Source: a virus
DNA length: 64,000 bases
Reading direction: 5' to 3' (one strand)
Virus record (IMG/VR): IMGVR_UViG_3300032282_005553
Span: 32,001-96,000 of that record
In this document: positions 40,401 through 45,000 of the stretch, piece by piece
Layout of the letters: each line of letters opens with the position of its first letter
Numbering within the stretch: the stretch's first letter is position 1
Made by a program: the position numbers and the translations under genes
The notes under the pieces: generated by a model
Seen by the model: the letters and a program-made list of their open reading frames with translations, nothing else
The model's database searches: none
Told to the model about the DNA's origin: nothing

Positions 40401-42010
40401 TAACAACACTTGATCTGGGAGCAACAATATATAGTAAAAGAGCTAGCTCACAGACAAAGGCATTGAAACATGTTAATGATAGATTAAATATCAAAGATAA
40501 AAAAGATCCCAAGAGAATTAAAAAAGCTATTACAGCAGGTGAGGCTTTGGATAGAGCTAGGAGAGAATACCAGAAACAAACAATAGGTAATAAAGTTATC
40601 TCTGAACTAGCTTATCAAATGAATATTATGCCCAAAGAATTTGAAATTTTAAATGATCAAGCCTATGAAAACCCTGACGATGTTAATAAGCATATACAAT
40701 CTATAGCGGAAGAAATTATCTTATGGAAGGATAATGATGCTAGAAAAAATAGAAATGGAATGAAAGTAGCACAAGAGTATGGTAAATATATTAATAGAAA
40801 TAGCGATATCAATGTTAAAAATAAAAACGCTTTGCAAGCCATAGCTTTGATGATGAGTGATAAAGATTTAGTTGTTCATGATATACGAGCACTTAATAAA
40901 AAATATCCTGTTTTTAAAGACACGGATCCGATAGAAATATTAAAAACTCAAACAAATGCTCAAAAAGACGAAAGAGAAAAACTAGAAGAAATTATTGATG
41001 GTCTTAAGAACTATGCTGCTGATGCTTATGTCAGCGATATTATTAATAGTCCTGAATTCCAATCTGGTGCTGGTATTTTATCTAGCGACGCATTTGCGGG
41101 CGTCACAGTTTCTAATTTTAGCGGAGGCAATTTTTCAGATCATGTTGTTACCACAAAACCAATAGTAAAAGCTGCTCAATTTAATAAAGGTGGTGTGGTT
41201 TACGCTGATGATGGTATGCTCATACCTTATCAGCCAAAGGGAACAGACACCGTCCCCGCAATGCTAACTCCAGGCGAGTTTGTAATAAATAGAGCTGCTA
41301 CACAACGTAATTTACCACTACTTAAAGCTATAAATAGTAACACATACGCTAATGGCGGAGTAGTATATGCTACTAAAGGACTAAATCCTCGTCAACAAGA
41401 ATATTATGATGCTAGACAAGCAAGAAAAGAAGAATACGAAAGAATGCAAGCAGAAAGACGAAGAGCATACGAGAACAAAAATAACGTAAATAGATTTAGA
41501 GATTCTCAAGGAAATCTTTTGAATCAGCAAACACGAAGAAATGTATTAATGGGCAGCAATCAGCAACAAAATATTGGTCAATCACGAAATAATACAAATA
41601 ATGTTGATCAGAACATGGGCCAATTTAGTAATAATTTACAAACTATTAATCAACTACTACAAACTTTTGGTAACAGCATCAACACATTTAATACTGTTAT
41701 ATCGCAGATAAATAGACAAATTACCGGTTCGGCTGAGCCAAGGGGTGTATCTAATAATAAAGGCACAGCGCCAAATCTGGACGGCATGGGCGGATTTGTT
41801 GCTAAATTTGATGAATTTATTAACCAACTAAAGGGTCTAAACTTGCCACCAGTAATTAATTTACAAGTTGCGCCAATTACATTGAATATAACCGGAGGAG
41901 AAGCACTTGCAAAAGCACTAGAAGGACCAATGAGTAATCAAATCAAGTCAGAAATAGCGGCAGCATTCCAAAGACTAAACGACGCTACAGAAGGCGCCAT
42001 TCAAGTTTAA
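22412..42010 (+). CDS. Giant tape measure protein (6532 aa), polyvalent, with eight repeated modules and enzymatic cargo domains
   Basis: AAGGA RBS; N-terminal TP901-family TMP core (FDKELVRVAQV...LAQAGL...ESAETIATGLRTIFTRI...GGFRQIGKVIPLI); canonical position after tube and chaperone genes; internal GLPGAGKS, TAGH/ISGTKVR, HELAH and HEIMH motifs. Confidence 0.9.
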   Translation: MAKGFNLTAEINLRGPANIRTVVADIRRQLGTVSANVNVKVNPASSRNIAGLNQALTNLNNTLSQTNVLATQVTASLNALATAGGTASTSLGGLPRSMGSATASLNRFNASAANTGNALRVSRTEFEEFGRQAALAVRRFAAFSTVTSVVFKVTNAISSAYTEFVAFDKELVRVAQVTDSSLSSLSGLERSITNLSTSLGVSSQDLIKVSSTLAQAGLSAKDTEKSLKALALSALAPSFEGLNDTVEGSIALMRQFGIQAGDLEKSLGSINAVSARFAVEAGDIIAAIQRTGGVFAAASRGVSEGKDALNEFIAVFTSIRATTRESAETIATGLRTIFTRIQRSSTIEALKEYGVNLTDIEGKFVGAYKAVELLSGGLGKLDPRDLKFSKIIEELGGFRQIGKVIPLIQEFATAQQALAVAQKGQGSLSTDAATAQQALAIKISKVREEFIALIRSVSKSDSFQNFINLSLDLASSLIKLSDSAKVLLPALTAIAAIRGASFITQFSRGFAGGIRTQRNNNGGPIRGFATGGLVPGRGDTDTYPAMLTPGEFVIRKKAVDKIGVTNLHRINRASGGYIPKVKSESSEPKQYFDGARSQRTVQKTKNSGRYIAPKVSIPERAHIGGDLYIDQSFLVRYLERYSASKLKRSIGEFSGTKPGMAVGVIGGMSKTEYDKFIKEKLNLSVKKRIRLNFPRTFNQALRATDPGLVLKNDLVDIVSSAPDLTDPLGGLSSSEINKIKQNSIRKIRSLKALPASSYRKNLGWRSDTPDSLKNAPAFDSDYQLNPLAQIIESSVNQTTKQKLQNNIDLLFRSSKKDAKYISSKTGQERTRTQSRESARLSTIMKKYSNDPRNVQRREESYYDRGLENAISSLPEKRSRKKSQTTSNYPKDRIPFYMLNAGGSVQRFADGGVTTRNVGYIDSDALNDPANKALVDEQIEKLKKQGIKIEGGYRGYKQYLSDLAAKARQEKQIGRLTSIVGLPGAGKSTMMMGSSQADNATMRKTTRFPILTPEDITRSSSVIDVTASVNPKKIDASLQASDRIVSLSSSTKEEQQELRRRRKLRNRQIESGTSTTGFGRRAGTTDSAPVDSGYIEAILQSEIKDPKKIRTLGVTPKGFRTKRGDDIPEILKEKINLYYGNFGPTTAGHVAAQQQGMQESAKRGISKSIVAVGIDTPVKSGDEHSTRSALLSQKERIALAKKAFPESSITAATKETFGFGLPSLYEIEKSGTDRRRFVKPLGGSTATVGDEKGSSSLQKYLDAGFDPKDILTLERLGGISGTKVREALLKGDTKTLKKLTSPAVFDILSRNSEVFQRRSSILPKIMERIGTRATSSLGAIEAELAKYPGRLTPKIKAEHPEYEEIVDNLRKQRDKIKAKAESRSGSTMRRLSRMFPSAYGIDIGDTQKFMAGEAVKARVGRKKAERLHDTDIGEARTKTASEIISELTISSAQQVLTEAGGARVNANTLLRKSKLNPDELRLKDSILSAYVTKVNAKAKEARERDLGATTSAQQAKTLFGVIGMFGNGFPAENITLEDGLKKPTTVRVFGAVLDKNKAEKDARLEQRKNRLSAINTKRTIKGKSRLSDSRAQDIENAPMASALSKEYLQEDLSGITKRTGITPQMTPALKKSLADSQGSKFQNDVTATLIKTPEGKEISDSMMRDNQQRSIDFPYGIGMSMAKNWFNNALLANIPVDAKRTLTGPRGKLLSNITNYLKTKGFAIGGHIPENNEDSVPALLTPGEFVINKKAAQRIGAAKLHQLNRADRIKGFNKGGAVGPQRFFLGGGASARPGDSANINNLMVPASSINQLRLIVDALEELGVSASKSADLLKKGGRASIQAAHAAYEADIVRLRIAGAPIQTVINAETQLANMRQQATRQVAAQRQLSGVGGSKLQRIDTAAQNNIQRMVQRAQNAGVNLDENQMRRIEDLGYRRAATRARISPTQMAGLNGNDLRQFINSAMGDPKTFQQMNKTFETQRKQEILRQINIERGVTNDKKEIANRSKEARMLAKEESDARRQILNQTRGSSGPGSARSQRFNQAMFGASFVLPMVGQMMGGDPSNAGSSAQAGQIAGAQGAVNMASTGAMVTSMAATGPIGIALGAAATAVATFGQATMDAHNAVIDFEKQLVAKKVEHAIADINKMFEKLAKDLSNVDIQNSITKKLNEATSILIDNMEFQRRTAKIYWTNIIDMMANNNNASNERSRILEKHGTGAYLNSTAFGQNPVGMTLNAIAFGIPDAIYKAFNGKSMFAGSEEKANQNRYEYTKMMIPDQARESARGFADLADTATRLIEEKIRSGMNVDDIINNPDFEKYGRNLALANSSVQEQILTLRNSILVADDEKKAREESIIKTYAEEEARRRASIVAREIEIREAKKSSAKMSRSLERMFQNMEQAINRTNFGLQRMADELDLVTSSLTGQAKAGEGVLKSINVLQNPRAYSSRDFSEASNQAASFFGDNSGLMNGLLTLGNDIETTIMGTISRTLSENEGDNQEKISVAIERAVKTKLADLALPEDVSAKLAREVKRALDQLRKEGDQKIDFSQLEERLQDISKVFDSAKRAQEIAIKALENWNSALNAYAESMNRIVELQISYQARARKSTELQTNAQLELAKVLGRDVSVSDIKEKRDSQIRQQTGGLTSPDSIAKNFANLEEKRRQQEAAIDVARNQGARGAEDFQKMQNNLAKTNVALRENYDALKNLAENSDVAAAALNKVQEAQQKQQGKVSFIEKLVTSTPDEYNALNRAVIRLQRNMNGQMNSINNSVGAQKAYAEALNEGASAAEAMRAAQAAFANERKDTLSALNDLLPFLGNGQQANQIRANTLQSMLKESGLGVSPLMQQILDSLRNPELDPETQKAIQLYEDANQLQIAANNSLVKIEQALADATADKAAKAIASALEKTILTFKTAEQQDINNGVAQGRAFGGIIYASEGMFTPRGTDTVPAMLTPGEFVVNKAATAKNLGLLQNINNNHYSTGGKVNYYAAGGYVSSIQKENKRTEENFKETQDKFLDLDDPGLREVLSGSEGSKIYQIPGRFIKVKEDALAQTPDRNAYNAGAMPRWDLSKIFDAHQDGNIVPGYSMGMQMKRTSTFLYGNIDWPLIYPIPGVTNTEPVEIGNGSFIGGLTEDKRISLATKPYVVSDEKKYLEQLQRLKITPEFIKKKFAWISNAAHPVRQAIDGDILDYPTDVTPQRNEPRGIVPYQAIRSSMLYSTDAGTELNAQNKIYARIYHNPEKKMNRAVGAGATNMPTFETGGPFEPTHDGYFNMEARTFDIDKKKVIPSADAQKIGKYNQDLYQILVKTYKALVPGAGQPRLSDLPLSDSGGKIGVFDSFQKQLANLYNGITPYENFIGEALDILDIDESAKAKNFTVISAEAATQQMVQDYIEKQVKNKGGKQPFSGGNPISIGIAGAPPGLDWVTEDLFDIKELATGNTKEFPVLINILPSEISEEFEKRAAEATKGSSPIKTSLFNHDGELSLDLAGGKKAKFPYFSTYTKYTGPLWDTATNTYSDKNNIKDFFLANPLDGNTPANIFKGLDISNNRLFDKTKPIDFDDRGNVSLSYDQAKLTELIDLYRVDKDKREADKIDAASMALKAASIRFKLNKDVGPLGALIKADAKVGDNDIFSGFTDQADKSMSIGDFLIEAAQKYAEQTTEEAKTATGEVADSKFNKEGFADQKKPFLDTLKGLTLGSLRIFGRRPLPGFPRAWFYALGGGRAYSLLKNNRMTLPIGKNIATYLTGMLAMNSGPGAQASTLASMSTNLRAFNYFEDLRTLIQGAFLTYQQLSQSDTSSIVQLLKNSRDAFGNLDLSTDAVEDIFRSLGATQSFNAAGSQALGGDYQRNLANQLAGSKIRVVKQSGKIEDVDAANIPYKNYTDLMALALNPYNEYTSKDIRSGIFDKLTQDISTATNQYGGPMFSQKTRAFLLNNLSTLKDWYAGNGNWLGQDYLFDKVANPDSKDRGDKFKQNLAIGNNLWSEANIAHRNLGAAVKFGGDLPHEEWFNKRIEAGNFATGGMVYAQDGSLINFTPRGTDTVPAMLTPGEFVVNRAATAKNLPLLKQINGNRGYSRGGVVNYLQDGGQAEGAPEFDLATTTEYRPENSFGNRSISTLSRIQYESRYGVPGVRDNVKMISEEIYKTLRDRSAQESTLRQAGTPIFYDDNSTRSKRQQANKLKLNKKEYTELSIAETERRIPLFQRQTEEYYPNGTNFDHSVFDRKMLDFQGLPTINYLNADIRSHGQKIAAMKDAVGAKENGFPDLLAKYLLGMKDYESTWASVGLSFALDLQNIMPTLSGGASQALIGKGLSWLGKNTGLKKAITIAMQKGKSALSSLDKIAFRQVEKGIDEIPIKDLGLADLPDSKTAQSLSPSPTKIPRGGERISFDDKALQMFFRSVPTNVKDFKKSFWQTVSSKGIFQQVSDFTRFIGLPDNEALLGVPAAIDIKHLEPGIRGRFDSNLARLSTQGVSGAASTGRGLASVQPYAEVNTLYHELAHQFLNGIRTHHPKAWEFYQERVQDMFTDHRSWNNLANAFDAIGGSYRSEDVLYGASYKLRDLQKILDQHPGDKDLIRLVSRATKHKDAGRASWASIDEEVTDVLRSKRGSQYLETMQNNGLEEFLTVVVQNAGRLDKQMRQALDTTLEAIFHNSGIARDRGLFDNFYAELDKPTIFQRIKTAISARLSRPKAATRVPKPPRPQKPKTKNTPDNDMIAGRIGPKKSKTKSKNKKEKRRWPWIIPIPIFGLGAAGVYEATKQPSAPLLEEGEGLGGEFIGGGEGGGMMPEITSPNPAREGAMGAAATQPGANGGQNGVGPSFPNEARNNAQAAAQEEKARKSGWKKSKKEKPSSSPLPESSDFPEAIPFSPLEDTNEETSSNLLNRPGEPLRRAKGGIVYASNGSLINFQPRGTDTVPAMLTPGEFVVNKAATQKNLPALQEINSNTYMADGGLLGRPKVVQGVTLNPRDKLTPRFNNIDSAISTSNKNLNTVLQNENSQNNKLNELLIDSKNNKKVLSQINTKTDFTNSKVNDIARNTGSLTDTINAFWQMLSGPGPSVEMPPRVINRSTGGIIYASEGTLVPYSPKGTDTVPAMLTPGEFVVNRAATSKNLSLLKNINNGYSQGGIIYADDGIKVPGTGDFTTTVSGASTNNIQSSQTLSDKEIELERLRQSFEQARARFEREKEQRDRIQYSLALVNEGLSKYKNQRGAALDRLLGISNPSNILNDEKSSLQRKLTFNLLGVDNDVGAWIARAELLSKQLAETGVGITGATVAGSAGAVAGGGVASPVTSATLGTAGYIVSVSAYKDFLGEQYKERMDLLRQAFPGQSTVTDLAPAVMGVSSLAKNAYTNLGAIGIKQAGKEISSEVAGDAIGTISAAFATGEPISYSAQDAILASLGIKLSGPSRSISTTRSRASEQPTASSTKLSQQPPPLPSTLGSIFASYKKAISNKIDMLFNRSPVAVHDQALKYFKERGAVNFDEIREHLRGEVKSSKGVAVSVGMIAKMLGVEPKYLIAEDMRAVRKTIEGASGYYSDFTSRDAIKVDENTGLVAGTFSREPGDIDPGAILALNNDNKVNNSIVWHEIMHSMLTRMGKNGYGRFIKLMQDNQKSVLGYITERPDLFRSYGITDIADGAHYVGRALQDMPQWSFLKSAAEMASDDDIKYAIAQKQAYLQKLSTEDPGRLSSPDIFNDIVPGTMLRVSHITGMESAENHYGGIKNAIKYVEAVIKSGRGVDPAFLAHAGDHNAKIMDILSDLNIIEERSAFDWTKEYGYEEFATQLLQNFDRLDPKGLSFLSDIISSVYDDNRIAALRDPKIVYAQLQKVFKGSGSNIEKEQYNGLETPALSSGGIIKSLYASTGKLISYKPIGTDTVPAMLTPGEFVVNAQATAKNLPLLKSINEGNYKSSGGVVYLDNGGVADEKDLAAANGRNGFERKMAVGAKQRNKLQKIAAKPDDTGTLWVFLNPSPMVIDKELVASGFTALSLLKKDLTYTDVNEPLTTLDLGATIYSKRASSQTKALKHVNDRLNIKDKKDPKRIKKAITAGEALDRARREYQKQTIGNKVISELAYQMNIMPKEFEILNDQAYENPDDVNKHIQSIAEEIILWKDNDARKNRNGMKVAQEYGKYINRNSDINVKNKNALQAIALMMSDKDLVVHDIRALNKKYPVFKDTDPIEILKTQTNAQKDEREKLEEIIDGLKNYAADAYVSDIINSPEFQSGAGILSSDAFAGVTVSNFSGGNFSDHVVTTKPIVKAAQFNKGGVVYADDGMLIPYQPKGTDTVPAMLTPGEFVINRAATQRNLPLLKAINSNTYANGGVVYATKGLNPRQQEYYDARQARKEEYERMQAERRRAYENKNNVNRFRDSQGNLLNQQTRRNVLMGSNQQQNIGQSRNNTNNVDQNMGQFSNNLQTINQLLQTFGNSINTFNTVISQINRQITGSAEPRGVSNNKGTAPNLDGMGGFVAKFDEFINQLKGLNLPPVINLQVAPITLNITGGEALAKALEGPMSNQIKSEIAAAFQRLNDATEGAIQV
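23993..41380 (+). repeat. Eight dispersed copies of a xxxGG...D(T/S)(V/Y)PA(M/L)LTPGEFV...xxxGG module: 23993-24139, 27572-27769, 31193-31390, 34460-34669, 37073-37255, 37601-37798, 39941-40156, 41180-41380
   Basis: Counted directly in the translation; GTDTVPAMLTPGEFV is invariant in copies 3-8 while codons differ at synonymous sites. Confidence 0.95.
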
Positions 42011-42024
42011 AAAGGTTATAAATT

Positions 42025-45000
42025 ATGTCTCAAAATATTATCGATGACTCATTAATACTAGCCACAGGTACCGTATTTGACCACTTAATTTCCGTTAGTG
42101 GTGGAATAACTACTGTATTGAATAATAACAATAGAGATATTGATTTTCAAATAAAAAGCACAGGAACTAGCTCTTCATTATACTATGATGCTTCAACAGG
42201 TCGTTTAGGAGTTGGAATTACTGGCGCCCCAGACGCTATGCTTCATGTTAGAGCCCCATGTGCTCAAGATGGTTTAATTTTAGAAAGTATTACCAATTGT
42301 CCAACGGGCGTTCAATTATTATTATTGCATAATAAAGGTATTTCTCCAACTGGTGGTGATTATCCTGCTGTTATTAATTTAGCAGGAAGGAATACCGGCG
42401 CAACTGTAACAAAGTATGCTCAAATTAAATCAAAAATTTTAGATTCAGAATCTTTAAAAACTAGCGGAGAACTTATATTCTCTGTTGATGATAAAGGCTC
42501 TCTTGAAGAAGTATTTGCTGTTAATTTATCAAAATTAGTTTTGGGAGGACTAAATAATAATCCTTCTGGGTCAGCAAACTATACTGTTATAGGTCAATCT
42601 AATTATAGTAGTGGAATATCTTATCTATTAATAGGCAATAATAATTCTGGATTACGATTAGATGATTCATTTTTGTTAGGTGACAATAATATTTATCGTG
42701 GCCCACAAATTTTTTCTTTATCTAATGACAGTAGTATAACTGGCACAAGATTATTTGTTGCCGGACTAGATAATACTGTTGTTGGAAATAGTGGTTTCAT
42801 TTGCGGAATAGATGGTCAAGTTAATGGATCATACAATTTAGTATTATTGGATAATAGCTCTATTAATTCTAATGGAATGGTTGGTATAGTAAGAAATGGT
42901 GCAGTACTCGGCAACTCTGGTATAATATTAGGATCTGATACTATTAGTAGTGGTAATCTCAATATTAATTTTGGTAATAATAATGTTTTGTATGGTAGTA
43001 GAGTAACTGCTATCGGTTCAAATATATCGTCTGAAGGTAGTCTTAATACTATATTTGGCAATTTAGTTTTAGTGAGCGGAAACAGCATTATTTCTATAGG
43101 GTCTAGTCAAAGCATCAATGGAATAACAAATGGTATATTGATTGGAAATAATATTGATTTGTCTAATACGTCTAATCTTTTATATTTAGGTTTTAATAAT
43201 CATACAGATGAAAGTTTGAACAATAGTATTGTTCTTGGTGGAAACAATATCTTAGATGCTGGAGCACTATCAGATATAATCTTAGTTGGACAAAATAATA
43301 AAACACAAGATATGGTAAATTCTGTACTTGTTGGAAACAATAATTTAGCTAGTGGTGATTTAAAAAATAATATTATTTTAGGTAGTGGAAATGCACTAAG
43401 AAATAATAGTTATAATAATATATGCCTAGGATTATTAACTAATCAAACGGGAGTTTATGTAGATTCAGACGGAGGCATTGATGGAACCCCCAGATCAATA
43501 TCTAGTAATAATATAAATTCTGTAATCGTTGGAGTACATAATCAATCATATCTAAATTTATCTAATGCTATAATTGGAAATAAAAATATTACATCTGGTT
43601 TGTATATTAATAATTTGGGATCATTTAATGACATAAGAAATACAAGTAAGGCGTATGTTCTCGGTAATTCAAATTCTGTTGAAGGAAATAATCTTTGTGT
43701 AATTGGATCAAATTCTTTAGTGATAGGAAATGATTCTATTGTTATTAGTAACAAAAATAATTCTAATATTTATGGTAGTGGAATTATATCTATTGGAAAT
43801 AACCCTTATGTAAGTAGTGGAAATGTTATAGTTGGATATGATAATACTGCTGGTATATCAGGATTGATTTATGGAATAAACAATACTCAGGGTGTTGGTG
43901 GAGATTTCTTTACATTTACTAGCGGGTCTAATACAATAACGCTTTATACAACATCGGCCCCTTACCAACTCAATGATCGCCTTTTATTACATATCAAAAA
44001 TCCTATTTCTAAAAATGGAATATTAGTATCTACTGTAACTGCTGATCCTACCATAAATAGAAATAACGGAACAACTACCATAACATTAAGTGATATTCCA
44101 GAATGGTCTAATAGATATTTATCAGTAAATAATAGTTTTGATGAAAATAATACCCCGTCAACGATTGGCAGTGGTATTATCATGCTATATTCTAGGGGTA
44201 CAAATCAGATATATTATGGCTCTAATAATATGATTCTTGGCAATAATAATAGTGTTGCTCTGAATAATAGTATTGTTGTCGGTAATAACAGCACCTCTTC
44301 CGGTATTAATAATGTTATTATTGGTAATAATATTACTGGTTTAACAAATAATACATTGAGCATTGGTACATCAAATTCTAATAAGGTAGTTATATCTGAT
44401 TCTAGTGTAATTTTTAACACAGGAACAGCTCAGCAATCAATCGTTGTTAGAGCTACAGATGGTACAATAACTCAATATAGTGACTTATCCAATAAAAGAT
44501 TAGGCATTAATACATCATCTCCAAGATCAGATCTTGATGTTAGTGGAGTAATAACATCACAACAATTAAGAATGGGACTATCTGCCGGAAGTGGGTATGT
44601 ATTAACTTCAGATATTGATGGATTTGGTTCATGGACATTGCCGGTTAGGATATCTGGAGCATCAAGTGGATTACTATTCAATTATCCAAATTCTAACAAT
44701 AAGTTAGCTATTAGCAGCACAGATATTTCATTGAATATTCAAAAAGATTTCGGTAATGCTGATACGCACTCTGTAGATTTTTATGGTAATTTTGCTATAC
44801 ATAAAACTGGTATTATTCTTAACACAAATAAAGGAAGCTCCATAACTGCTGCTAAATTTATTGTTTGGGGATCTGGTGGACCAGAATGGTCTGCTCCAAC
44901 TATTGAAATAGATCCAAACAATAATAATTTGGTTAAAATGTATAATTTATCTTCTGTTAGTGGCAAATTAAATCAATTGAATGTTGATACATATGTTATG

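Noticed and set aside
12424-41765. GTGTA-containing motif as a late promoter (near 12425, 18809, 21855, 41746)
   Set aside because: Two copies lie suggestively upstream of genes, but a 5-mer is expected dozens of times in 64 kb of AT-rich DNA; needs genome-wide motif analysis.
22412-42010. Canonical inteins or introns explaining the TMP size
   Set aside because: I found no Hint-domain blocks (N-terminal Cys/Ser block, terminal His-Asn followed by Cys/Ser/Thr) or LAGLIDADG motifs, and the frame is uninterrupted.
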